DNA of 63,303 bases, the filler included, from Hyphochytrium catenoides (taxonomy: Eukaryota > Protista > Hyphochytriomycota), in assembly GCA_900088475.1 (NCBI GenBank). It is 9 parts of 9 records of this genome, joined end to end, with 100 filler letters (N's around TTAATTAATTAA, not from the genome) between each part and the next. Parts side by side here need not be neighbours in the genome. Positions count along the whole stretch, not along the records: positions 11,946 to 15,712 come from FLMG01000252.1; positions 15,813 to 34,226 come from FLMG01003239.1; 7 more parts are not named here. One strand, 5' to 3'. Each line of letters begins with the position of its first letter. Positions within the stretch are counted from its first letter, which is position 1. Under the pieces are notes generated by a model. That model ran no database searches. It was not told where the DNA came from and saw only the letters and a list, made by a program, of their open reading frames with translations. Position numbers and translations under genes: made by a program. Shown piece after piece: positions 13,369-25,131 of the stretch.

Positions 13369-14265
13369 CGCTCCCCGCTAATGTTAGCTATGGCGAAGCC
13401 CAGATGATTGCTGGGAGAGAATAGCTCTCTCTTTTTCTCTCTCTTTTCTCTTTCTCTCTCTCTTTCTCTCTCTCCCTTAGAATTCACAGAGAAATACTTC
13501 TTCTACGGTGGAGAGAGAGAAAGTGCGCGGCAATGGAGAGAAAGCGCTTACGTCTCTCTCTTTCCTTTCGTCCTCCTTATAGTTCAGGAACTAGAGAGAA
13601 GAGAAATAATCTTCAGGTGCTCTTTTCAATCTTCCTGCTTCCTCTTCCTAACCCTCTTCCTTCTGAGCTTCAGTCCTGACGATCTCTTTCTCTCTCTCTT
13701 TTTTTATCCTTCCCCTTCTCTGCCTTTTGACTGTCTCTGTCAGCAGACAGAGTGGGCGTCTCTCTCTCTCGCTGAAGACAAAATGACGTGGTTCTGACGG
13801 CCCAAAAAGGGAAAACTGAGGGCGTCCAGTCGACTGTGTAGAGAGGAGAGATACTGTTCTCAGACAACACGACGAGGACGCTCTCTCTCTCTCTCTCTCC
13901 TTTTGTCAGGCTCTCCTTTCGCTACTGTCTCTCTTCTATAGAATCAAGCACTGATTGCCAAGAAATAGAAGTGTCGTGGATGAAGATGCGGGAGAGAGAG
14001 GGAAAGAGAGAGAGAGACAGAGAGAGAGAAAGAGAGAGAGGGAGAAGATCACTTATCGCAGTTTCCGGCCACTTTTTCCCATCTCGTACTGTACTTCTCT
14101 GCTGCATGAAAACAAGAAGCACGACCTTCATTACGAGAAAGAGAGAGAGCAGACGTCAGATGCAGTGCTAGTAGAGAGAGAGAGAGAGACAGACAGGCAG
14201 AGAGAAAGAGAGGGAGAGACAGGCAGAGAAGAGGGTGAGAGGAGAGAAAAGGTGGCGAGTAAGGA

Positions 14266-14296
<31 letters not shown>

Positions 14297-15135
14297 NNNN
14301 NNNNNNNNNNNNNNNNNNNNNNNNNNNNNNNNNNNNNNNNNNNNNNNNNNNNNNNNNACGCCCTGAGTAAAGCACCAAGCCGATAATAATACGCCACATG
14401 GCGTCATTACACCCTCATCCACGAAACAATCCATGAAACATTCAGTGGAGTAAAGAGCTTTTGGACGTGCACTGTTTATTTCGTGCCGTTTACGTGTGAA
14501 AAACCCTTTCTCAACACCTTGAGCAGCTTCTAAATGTGTTATACCTGGTCAATATTGTTAGATACCTTGGTAGATTGATGTTGAAGTCTGTGCGAAAAGT
14601 TCCTGGGTCGGTCGGTGCCTTTTGCCCCAAGAAGCTTTTGAAGGAGAGAGAAGAGAGAGAGAGAGAGAGAGGAGGGAAAGGGAAGAGAGAAAGAAGGAGA
14701 GGAAAAGACAAGCTTCCTAGCTTTATGTCGCCTCCTTCATCTATATTATACTCTGTCTCGTGGTTGTGATGCATCTAAATAGCTCTTGTTGTATATCCGT
14801 CACACTCTGTCTAGCCAAAGCTTGTCTCTGTCTGTTTCCCTCTTCCTTGGTATTTCAGATTCTGATAAAATCTTTGGTTCTTTCCCAGAAAAACCAAAGG
14901 GTTAGGGAGAAAGATTCGGACGATTACCTAGAATAGGGAAGGAAAGTTCAGTACCTATTTTAATCGAAGCACAATAAAGAGCAATCAACCAAGATTACTT
15001 TCGGTGTTCAATTGTCTTTTTATGGCGGCCAAAGAGAGCCAGAAGGATGCCATCAAACANNNNNNNNNNNNNNNNNNNNNNNNNNNNNNNNNNNNNNNNN
15101 NNNNNGAGAGAGAGAGAGAGACAGAGAGACAGAGA

Positions 15136-15167
<32 letters not shown>

Positions 15168-15712
15168 GCAGAGAGAGAGACAGAGAGACAGAGAGAGACA
15201 GAGAGAGAGACAGAGAGACAGAGAGAGACAGAGAGGCAGGAGGCGGGGTGAGAGTGGGAGAGAGCGAGGGGAGAGAGCAAAGAGAGAGCATAGACAAACA
15301 CAGAGCGCCGTCATCAAGAGAGAGAAGGTAAGTGTAGCGGGCATGAGAGAAGAGAGAGTGGGAAGTAGTGAGAAGATAACGGATGGTTCTACTGTAGGAG
15401 GACGGAGAGACAAGGAGGATCTGCGTTCAGATCAAGGGAAGAGATGAGTTCAAACAGCCAGGAGTCGAAGCCAATGATTGAGTGACTATCACTATCGCCG
15501 GATGAGGCAAAGAGGAGAGCGATAACGGGGCGCACAGGCTCTAAGAAGAGAAGTCCTCTTTTTCCTCTCTTCTCTATTCTTTTCGCTCCCTCACGGCTTT
15601 TTGCTCTAAGCTTTTGTGTCTCTTGGTGGCTTATCTGACCGCTCTCTTTAGGTTTCCTCTCTCTCTCACTCTTCCTTCCTCTCTCTCTCTCTCGCTCTCT
15701 CGCTCTCTCTCT

Positions 15713-15812
15713 NNNNNNNNNNNNNNNNNNNNNNNNNNNNNNNNNNNNNNNNNNNNTTAATTAATTAANNNNNNNNNNNNNNNNNNNNNNNNNNNNNNNN
15801 NNNNNNNNNNNN
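15713..15812. other. Artificial contig spacer
   Basis: 44 N + TTAATTAATTAA + 44 N. Confidence 0.97.
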
Positions 15813-17145
15813 TTCATAACAGCTACTGCAGATCCCGGCGTACGTGCTCGGAATACTTCAGACAATTCAATGAAAACTGCCCCCGTCGCTCTGTATTATG
15901 GAAAGTGCTAGAGACTTTTATAAAATGAAACTCCAGCACTTGATTGGCCGGATCTGCCACCCTATCATCATCTCTTCCCCATGGCTTGCGACTGGACGGA
16001 CCCGTGCTATTATAAGTGGAGACCGGTAGTCCAGGCAACAAGATAAGCATGCTTTAGGCTCAACAATAAATCCACAACTCGTCTGTTCTTTCATTCATAC
16101 TTCTCTCTCTTTTTCCAGCTCCTCGATCATTCTTATCGCAGTGGACACCGAGATGAGATGAATTAGGATACCGAGGTGATGCACACCCCCAGCTGTGTGA
16201 CGCCTCCTCACCGACCAACCAACCATCACCTAGGATGAGTCCCTCTTCTTGCACCTGTTGATTGTTGATGATGATCCTTCAGATCCAGCGATGGAGCACT
16301 TAGTGGCTCTGATGATGATGACTATAAAAGCACCAGAATAGTAGAGAACCGTCCATACCAAGCGTCGAGGGTAAAACCCATCAAGTGCCAATGGAGTCAA
16401 GCATGGCCGCCTGCAATAATGTGAGGATGGTGGAGGAGTTTATTTACTTCACGCTTGATGTAGGGATACAGACGGCACAGATCATCTCTTTGGGGACACC
16501 CTTTGTGTCTCTTTTCCTCTGTCACTTTCTTCTTTCCTTCCCTCTCTTCTCCTTTAAAAACATTCAAGGATCTCCCAGTTTGAAGTTTATGACGCATGGA
16601 TAGCACTGAGCGTGGGGCGACTATTATCTGTTGAGCGTTACGGGTGCTTGTCGTTGTTTCTGCTGCTGCCTCAACATTACCCGTCGTCTTGTTTAGTTGT
16701 CGCTGTCAATTTCGCGAATGAAGAAGCTTGGGTAAAAGTGTTCTTGAGATTCACAGCTTAAATGACCTCAGTCATGAATGCCTCTTCGTGACGCTTCGGA
16801 GTAGGCCGACAAGAAAACCCTCCTGGCAGATGAATCGGATCTACTGATAACTTCCTACTACGGAAGCCACGTTACTTATTTGCAAGGAGACAACTGCAAC
16901 GATTTCAGTGGATAGCACCCACTAACTCTAAGACACGAGACCCTTAGCACAACTCTACCCTTAGACCACTCTTGAAGCGGAATGCCTTCTAAAAATGGGA
17001 TGACTCCTGGATTATCGTGCTTTTGAAAGGAACTATTTTATCTCCTACGTGTTAAAACCTTTTCAGGACTATATTGTTAAAGGAAGATAAGGCAAGCTAT
17101 TATCATGATGAGGCAAGCTATTATCAGGGAGAGGATCGCCACCCT

Positions 17146-17832
17146 CTACCCGTAGATTATAGCGAGCAAGAGTGCGCCCGCTGCTATGAAGGTACTCAAG
17201 GACCGAACAGATGATGCTGAGCTGGAACCTCCGCCGCCGCACTTCATGTTTGCCCTTGCTCTTCCCGCCATCTCAGGCGCCATCTTTGCTACGTTCTGAT
17301 CTTCAGTCGTGCATTCCAGGTTACACTTGGGCATTATATCTGCTGCCTTTTTGGATAGGCTCTCCACCTCACTCATCACGGTGCACATACACTTTGCAAA
17401 GTCAGGGTAATCCTTCCTCACTTTGTCTGCATATTCGGGAGAGGTCATAAGCTGCACCATGAAGATTTCCATGTTAACCATGGCATCGGTTGGGATCTTA
17501 CTCACGTCCTTGCTCTCCGATATGGACTTACACGCAGGTGCCTTGTTAACTGCAGCCTGAGCGGAGGTCAGCTGAAGTCCATTACGTTGTAGGCAACTGT
17601 CACAGCTCGTTGACCCAGTCATTCCAGCACCGCCGATCGCCCGGGAACTGAATGTGTTGGTAGTGGTAGTAGTGGTGCCAGATTCGAAAGTGACTAACTC
17701 CTTCATCCAGGAGAGAGCGATGCTGTTGTTCGCTGCTGGCTGGCTAGAGGCTTCTGTGGTCATCGTATTACCATTGCCGTGGAGTGCAAGCAGAAGAAAG
17801 GCATATGCCGCTGCCGACGTGAAGAGCTTCAT
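17146..17832 (-). CDS. Secreted, probably GPI-anchored, 8-cysteine protein (228 aa)
   Basis: N-terminal signal peptide MKLFTSAAAYAFLLLALH, Thr/Ser linker, Cys pattern CxxC..C..CxC..CxxxC..C, and C-terminal GGGGSSSASS followed by a hydrophobic tail with no cytosolic segment. Confidence 0.8.
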   Translation of the reverse strand: MKLFTSAAAYAFLLLALHGNGNTMTTEASSQPAANNSIALSWMKELVTFESGTTTTTTNTFSSRAIGGAGMTGSTSCDSCLQRNGLQLTSAQAAVNKAPACKSISESKDVSKIPTDAMVNMEIFMVQLMTSPEYADKVRKDYPDFAKCMCTVMSEVESLSKKAADIMPKCNLECTTEDQNVAKMAPEMAGRARANMKCGGGGSSSASSVRSLSTFIAAGALLLAIIYG

Positions 17833-20800
17833 GATAGAAAGAGTTTGATAGTTCGTTGTGAGTCCCCTCGCTTCAGATAGATTGCTTGCTGCTGGGTGCG
17901 TTGAACAGATTGAAATGATACAGATGCCGGCGAGATGGAAAGATTGAGAATGAGGCTAGTGACTGAATGGGGTCACTTCTAACCTAGCTTCGAGGTTAGC
18001 GCGATCCCCCGTCTCCGTCAACCAGCAATCCAGTTGATGGTGTTGTGAAAAGAAAAACACGACGTGGGGCGCAAGTGATCATGACTGCCTCTCCTATTAT
18101 CATCGGTCAGGAAGGAGCAAGTTCTTAATAACCGTCTCTAATCTCCTCTAAGAACCACTCTTCCCTCTCTCACCTTTTGCTCTCCTCTACACCTGGCAAC
18201 TGACACTGCCTGCCAATCGTCCTTCTTCTTTGCTGGCTCTTCTCCTTTACTATCCGAAGATCCGAAGCAGCTCCACTGTCTCTTTCGTCCTTCCTTCACC
18301 CTCTTCACATCTTTCAAATCAGCCAAGAAACCAAGCGAGTCATCCCCACAACTGTTGAGTGATGATCGCTATACTGTCACAGGCTCGTACTAGTAATAGT
18401 AATAGAGCTTGATCCTGAAGAGTGATTGTGTCCTTCTTTGCTTGTTTGGCTTTTCCTTGTGGCACCGTCAAACTGTATAGTTACCCCATACCTTCGGTTA
18501 GTCATCTATTTTAGGGCCTTGGAGGGGGACGGAGAGGACCCCAACAAATCGGTCAATCCTGAAAGGTCTAAGATTTTTTAAGAGAGGCTCATACAAATTA
18601 TTACTCCTTGTTACTTGTACAAGAGAGGCTGCTCCGAATCTGTTCCCCGATATTAGTTACAGTGTAAGAAGATTATAATCTGACATGCGATAAGCTCATA
18701 ATCGGAAGAAAGGAGGTACCTTCGGTATGTCGGACCCGGTGGTGAGGAGGGGTGCAGAGGGTGGGAACACAACAACTTTTGGGACAGTGAATAATGGGTG
18801 GTGATGAGGAGATATTCTAGCATCCTCCAGCTAAATAAGGACAGGATCGTGTGACATGTTGTGGCACGAAGCAGACCAGCACTCCTGGTAGATAATAATG
18901 ACCGACGAATTACAGTAGCATGGTCATCACGACATCAAGGTCAAAAAGACGAACAAGACAAATGTACTACTCCGTACTTAACAAGGTAGTAGTGATGATC
19001 GTGTTTATTACATCTTGGAAGCTTGTCCTAAGAGGTATTATAGGAGTGTGTGTGCTTTCTTTCTCCTGCTACTTCTGGGACAACAGAGAGCAGGCAGCAG
19101 TAGTTACTCCTCCTCGTAGAGAGTGCTTATCATCTCACTAGGGACACTGGGTGGGGAGATATCATCAACAACGACGACGTATTCCTCCCAGCCTCTATGG
19201 ACTGAGATGCGGCAAGAGTAGTAAGTCACGTTGGTTACTGCGAATGCTAGTCAATCAGTAATGAGTACGCGGCGTAGGAAAATCTTCATTATTATGAGGA
19301 CAGACAAAGATTCACTGCATCATTCTATCGTCATGTGGTGCTCTGACCCCTCACGGAAGTGACCACCTTGTTGAAGAATGATTTGATAATGTAATGTGGG
19401 TCTTCGCTTCAAAGAGAGGATAACGACCGACCGAGGAACCGACAGAGGGGAACAGTTTTTACTTCGTTGGGACTAAGCTGTGTTCGATGCTCTTCAAAAA
19501 GAGAAAGAGCACTCTTGCAAGACCTTGCAGCCATTTTACCGATCTAATCTTGACATGATGAGCAGCTAGTAGTTCTCCTCTTATACTTCGCTCTTGTCAA
19601 GGACGGTGAGCGAGGGTCCAAGACTGGAGGGACTGTTGTGGTGTTCGGAGCAGCCTGTCAGCAGGGAGGAGGAAGAAGCAAAAAGAAAGCCTGGTCGTCT
19701 TCCCAGCATGTAGGAGCTGGCTAACTAGGGTGCAACAAAGGAAGTCCTCAGAAGAAAGAACGCTCTAACAACGCAGGTAATAACCTGAAGGGGGCGACCC
19801 GATGGCAAAGTGTAAGGTAGTAATTGAGGTTATGGGTGATAAGGAGGAACGAACGCCCGCCGCTACTTTTACTACAGTAAATGATGACAACAACGACCTA
19901 CTCTATCGACTTCTTCTACTATATTTTTGAACGCTTGTCAAAAATGATAAAACGATGATGTTGCTGGCGATAGTCAACCTTAAGCACGTTCGCGAAGATA
20001 GATCGTGCGGGAAAACGGGAAGCTAATGACAGCAGTGCCATTTCACTACGGTGGGACACAAGGAAGATAAGAAGACCAAAGCCCTCCAACTCGTCCTGCT
20101 GAGGAATCCTCGGTGCCACCATCATCATGGCCTAGTACCTTTGTAAAGTGGATGGAGAGGGGCCACGACGAGTAGATAGAGCAAGTTAGATGGAGAGAAG
20201 GCAAGCAAAGGCAAACCTATCCCCCCCGCATCGCCGTACCTGATGTTGAAGAATCTCGCGAAGCGTCATCTATAGCTCCCCAAAACATCTCCCACCACTC
20301 TAAAGGGCCAAAGGAACGACGTGGAGCCCGACGGCACTACTCATACTGCCGAAGGTTATGGGTATGCTGCGCTCACCTACAGATAATACTACCGGCGCGC
20401 GGCGTGACGCAGTGGGGATGGAGGTGGTTGATTGATGCAGTGAATCGTGAACAGTCACATGGTTGTTTGTCATGTATCGTCAGCCGTTTGCGTAGTCTTC
20501 GATGGTCATGTCATCGTGACCGTCACCATCAGCAGAAAACGAAGAAGAGCTCTATCAGCCTGGTCCTGCCCTAGCCAGCCAGAAGAAGGTATTCTTCTGC
20601 TGCTCTAGCGCTGTCCAGCAGAAAATAATATAGTATTCCTAAGGCAATCACCCCTGCCTAAAGCACGCAGGTCTTCAGCTCTTCCTTGAGTTCTAGTCTG
20701 GCTGAATGATTATTCCTTCCCTACTAGCCAGGGTAGATTATAATCATCTCCCCATCCACGTCTCTACTTGACAAATCTAAAACAACTATGTTCACTCAAC

Positions 20801-20870
20801 AAACTACTACCTCTTGGGATCAATCAGCTGGCACTGTAGCTTTGGAGTCTGCCAAGATAACTTTCTGACG

Positions 20871-21228
20871 ACAGACTTACTTTAATAACTGGCGTTGTAC
20901 GCTGACAGTAGGCGCAGAGAAGGAGGAAAGCCTTCGAAAAGAATCACACTATTAACGCGGATAATATATGAGTGAAGAGGAAGTACTATTTCCTGCTGAA
21001 CAACATGCCCACCAGTTTTCATTAGACGGGGCAAAAGCAAGCTAACACAAACTTACTTTACACGCTAATGGCTGGCCTCGTACGTTGACAGTAGGCGCAG
21101 AGAAGGAGGAAAGCCTTCGAAAAGAATCACTATTAAAGCGGTTAATATATGAGTGCAGAAGAAGAACTATTTCCTGCTGAACAATATGCAGACCAGTTTT
21201 TATTAGACGGGGCAAAAGCAAGCTAACA
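20871..21228. repeat. Diverged tandem duplication, two units of ~180 bp
   Basis: 20871-21046 and 21047-21228 share blocks such as gacagtaggcgcagagaaggaggaaagccttcgaaaagaatcac and attagacggggcaaaagcaagctaaca. Confidence 0.9.
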
Positions 21229-21633
21229 ATCCACCACCAGGAGGTAGCTGAAGTTCTATCTTGACTACTACGACTCATCACCACTATGCAGTCAAGGTGG
21301 ACCACTAATAACTGTCAATTGTCTACGGTGAGATTGCACTACTGCTGATGCTGATTGCAAGTCATGAGATATCAATCAACAATTACCCGTTATTGCATTG
21401 AACCGCAGAGCCATTGCTGCCTTTCTTGCAACATCTTCCTAGTCAGCTGTTATCATTCCCTGTACTACTCTTCAAGTTGTATTAGTATTATCTATAGACA
21501 CCTTAGGTATTATGATGGCAAGGCTTCGACACAATTGAGAAGGAGCAGCCTTGTGCCTCAGCACATGATGAGAGACGAGCTGATATGGAGGGAAAAAGTA
21601 GGGCTAGTGTCATAATAGTCCACGGCTTTCCTT

Positions 21634-22866
21634 TTACAGTTGCTCTGTTCTCGTTGGCTCTGGTTCCCCATAATTTTGGACGGTGCTTCGGTTTGAGCCA
21701 CTCCAGGAAGAGGTACTGGACCCAGACGACGAAGAAGACGACGATGAGGAAGAGGAGGAGTTACTCAAATGGCTCGATGAAGTGCTTCTCATGTCGTCCG
21801 ATCCACGGTCGTAACCTCCTCTCTGGGCTGGAAGAGTAAGGTAAGATCGAGGAGTCATGCCTAACTCCAACTGATCATCGTCATCAAAGTTGCTTGGCGT
21901 ACTGAGGTCCATGTTTCCAGCAGAATCTCTCCTTTTCTTCGTCATTTGTAAGGCGACCGCAGCGATAAGGCCTACAGCAGCAGCACCAGCTGCAGCCACC
22001 GCAACTATGCTACCTGCACCAAGTCCTTTGGAAGAGGTGGTGCTATTCTCTGCTTGATCCGTAGACGAGCTTGCTCCGCCCCTGCTCTTGGTTCCATCTG
22101 ATCCTTTTGAATTTCCACCAGTAGAGGCAGGAGAAGCCCCACCAACACTGGTTTCTCCCCCGGCAGCAGCTGTTTCCTCTCCGTCAGTGCTTTCATCCTC
22201 TGGCAAAGAGCCCACCTCCCCTCCTGAAGATGGACTACTTATCTTGTATGAGTTCGTGTCGGCTTTCGTGATTCGTGGATCAACGTTAACAACACCTCGC
22301 CCTCCTGCCGCGTCTGTTGAACTCGCTCCAGCTCCAGGAGCTCTAGAGCTGACGGCACCAGGTCTAGTTGGTTGGACCCCTCCCCCTGTCGCAGCTGGTG
22401 GAGGAGCTGCATTCTTTGCGACAGGAGGAGGAGGAGGAGGAGGAGAGGGAGGAAGGGCTGGCGCAGGGGGAGGAGGGGCTTCTACGCCCCCAGCAGGAGG
22501 AGGGGGTGGTGGTGGAGGAGGCGGCGGCGGAGGTGGTGGAGGTGCACCTCCTCCCACGTCCACTTGAACGGGGGGTGCACGTGCGTCGAGCCCTACATCA
22601 ACTCCAGGAAGAGCTCCAGCTGCCTCCTCGACAAGATTTCCGCCTTTCCCCTTTCCTTTCGCTTCCTTGCCTTTTGCACCACCTCCACCGTCCTTGCCCT
22701 TACCCCCTCCTCCCTTGCCCTTTCCGTTGCCATTTCCATCAGCTGCAAGTGCTGGAGCAGCTGTTGGGGGCTTGCCGCTATTCTTGGCCTCAGTAACGGT
22801 TTGAATCACGGTCAAGACGATCACAAAGACCAGAGCGATCAAAAGATAAGAACGCCTTCCTTTCAT
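21634..22866 (-). CDS. Type I membrane mucin/extensin-like surface protein (Gly/Lys-, polyproline- and Ser/Thr-rich ectodomain)
   Basis: First in-frame ATG at 22866. Signal peptide, GKGKGG tract, long polyproline runs, S/T/G stalk, TM helix (IVAVAAAGAAAVGLIAAVAL), stop-transfer KKRR and Ser-rich cytosolic tail. Confidence 0.8.
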   Translation of the reverse strand: MKGRRSYLLIALVFVIVLTVIQTVTEAKNSGKPPTAAPALAADGNGNGKGKGGGGKGKDGGGGAKGKEAKGKGKGGNLVEEAAGALPGVDVGLDARAPPVQVDVGGGAPPPPPPPPPPPPPPPPAGGVEAPPPPAPALPPSPPPPPPPVAKNAAPPPAATGGGVQPTRPGAVSSRAPGAGASSTDAAGGRGVVNVDPRITKADTNSYKISSPSSGGEVGSLPEDESTDGEETAAAGGETSVGGASPASTGGNSKGSDGTKSRGGASSSTDQAENSTTSSKGLGAGSIVAVAAAGAAAVGLIAAVALQMTKKRRDSAGNMDLSTPSNFDDDDQLELGMTPRSYLTLPAQRGGYDRGSDDMRSTSSSHLSNSSSSSSSSSSSSGSSTSSWSGSNRSTVQNYGEPEPTRTEQL

Positions 22867-24597
22867 TGTGACATTCCAAATCAAGCTCTTGGGTAGAGAA
22901 GGAGCAGATAACAGAGAGATCGTCCCCGTTGTCTCCTTCGGTTAGACCCAGACCTGTACCTTTAGCGACGAACAAAGAAATAGAGTTTCTGGTCTCTTTC
23001 AGTATCACCGCGATAATTCCCGGCCGTCTCTGAGGGCATTGAGACGGACCGACCGGCGGCGATCGAGCAGTAGGCAGTAAATTTATTTCTGTCCTAGGTT
23101 TAGCTCCGTAGGGAAGAAGAACAAAGGAGGCAAAAGAGATAATCTAAGAGAAGGGAGAAGTAAGTAAGGGACAACGCGAGGGATGGTGCTTATGAAGACA
23201 GTAAGAGGGAAGAACAGGATATCAGTTGCTGAGGAACAAGAAGGGGAGAGAGGGAAAGAAGGAGAGCAAAAGGCAGATTAGCTCAGGAGTTGCCATCCAT
23301 TTCTCCATCCAGACTTTTTCTGGTCCACAGGCGGGTTTTGTCAGGTCCACTGTTGCCACCGCCCCTCCCTGCGCTTTCTAATGGCCTGCTAAGAGCCTCA
23401 TGTCAAGATATGTAGATGTAGGAGGAGGTCAAGACTGAAAGAAAAAGCCGTGATGGCAAAAGGGACTGGAGAAGAAGATGAGGTAAGTTGAAGAAAGAGG
23501 GAAGAGAAAGAGAAGATGCGTCCACCGTGCGAGACAGAAGGCAAAGGAACCAAGACAGTGAAGTGAGGAAGTAGGATAAAGGCCAGAGAAGTAGTGATAA
23601 TTAGAGAGGAAGAGTAGCAACAAGGTACGTAGAGGCGGTAAAAGAGATATCGAGAATCATGAGGAAAGACACAACGGATCAATGGTAAGTTAGATTTGGG
23701 GAACAGACACTGCTGCTGTCAGACAAAGCCAATCTGTCACCGTCGATCTTCCCCAATCTTTTGCATTTGTTTGAATAGAGTTATCCGTACTCTGTCTTGC
23801 GCGTAAAAGGTATCTCGTGAGCTCCGCCTTCCTCTCTCCTACCTTTTGCTGATGATAGCCAGTGCAGCTTCCAGTGTAACGCTTTGACATGTTTGGGAGG
23901 TTCGTGCATTATTGGAAACATTCATAAGAAATATACAACACAACCCCAGTACCCGGTTGTCGAACTTGTAAGGGTTAATGTCCTACCTCGCCCTCCCTAA
24001 AGTTGCTTCCCTTGCTGGAACTTTCCTAAAGTTGCGGGATGCAATATTTTTCCAGCACTCATTTATTGTGGCAGAGGATCGTTTCGCCTCTGTCTGGTAT
24101 GACTGTGGGCTATAGTAAGGACAAACTAGGGCTAAACCCCAAAGCTCCTAGCCGCATTATTTTCCACGTAAACTTGGACCATTCTAGATGGATAGCCGTT
24201 AGCTTCTGTTAGTTCTAAATCTTCATTAATTGGTGGTAATAATTTAGGAATCGTAGAAGTCCAACAGCACTAGTTCTATTTTCACCTACATTTGGCTCAT
24301 TGGTAGTCTCCATACCTCCTATCTGTCTCTTGTCTTATGATTCTGCACAAATGACAGGACAGAGGCGGTGATGGCCGTTACAAACCAAAAAATGACTAGG
24401 ATGATGCAAGCCCCATCTCTTGGACACTCTCTCTTGCATTTGCAATTGTCTTCTACATATCGTAACAATTACTTTCCAGTGACAAGGCCATATCTCATTG
24501 AGCCTCTGTCTGCAACAATACTAAGTAGTCTGAAATTTGATGCCTGCGGAAGAGAAAAGGCAAGACAATGAAGCAAAGCTGAGGCTGTGTGTGTCTC

Positions 24598-24733
24598 TGA
24601 GAGAGAGAAAGACAGAGAGAAAGAGAGAGAACGAGAGACAGAGAGAGAGACAGAGAGAGACAGAGACAGAGAGAGAGACAGAGAGAGACAGAGACGGAGA
24701 CACAGAGACAGCGAGAGACAGAGACACAGAGAC

Positions 24734-24766
<33 letters not shown>

Positions 24767-24915
24767 CAGAGACAGAGAGACCGAGAGAGACAGAGACAGA
24801 GACAGAGACAGAGACAGAGACAGAGACAGAGACACAGAGACAGAGAGAGACAGAGACACAGAGACAGAGAGACAGAGACGGAGACACAGAGACGGAGACA
24901 CAGAGACACAGAGAC

Positions 24916-24972
<57 letters not shown>

Positions 24973-25131
24973 CAGAGACAGAGACAGAGACAGAGACACA
25001 GAGACAGAGAGAGACAGAGAGAGACAGAGACAGAGACAGAGACAGAGACACAGAGACAGAGAGAGACAGAGACACAGAGACAGAGAGAGACAGAGACACA
25101 GAGACAGAGAGAGACAGAGACACAGAGAGAG
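24598..25131. repeat. Compound (GAGACA)n/(GA)n microsatellite, ~530 bp
   Basis: Continuous GAGACA/GAGAGA/GACACA units. Confidence 0.95.

Noticed and set aside
17937-17956. GCCTCATTCTCAATCTTTCC on the - strand resembling the oomycete INR/FPR core promoter
   Set aside because: Spacing deviates from the consensus and there are no TSS data.
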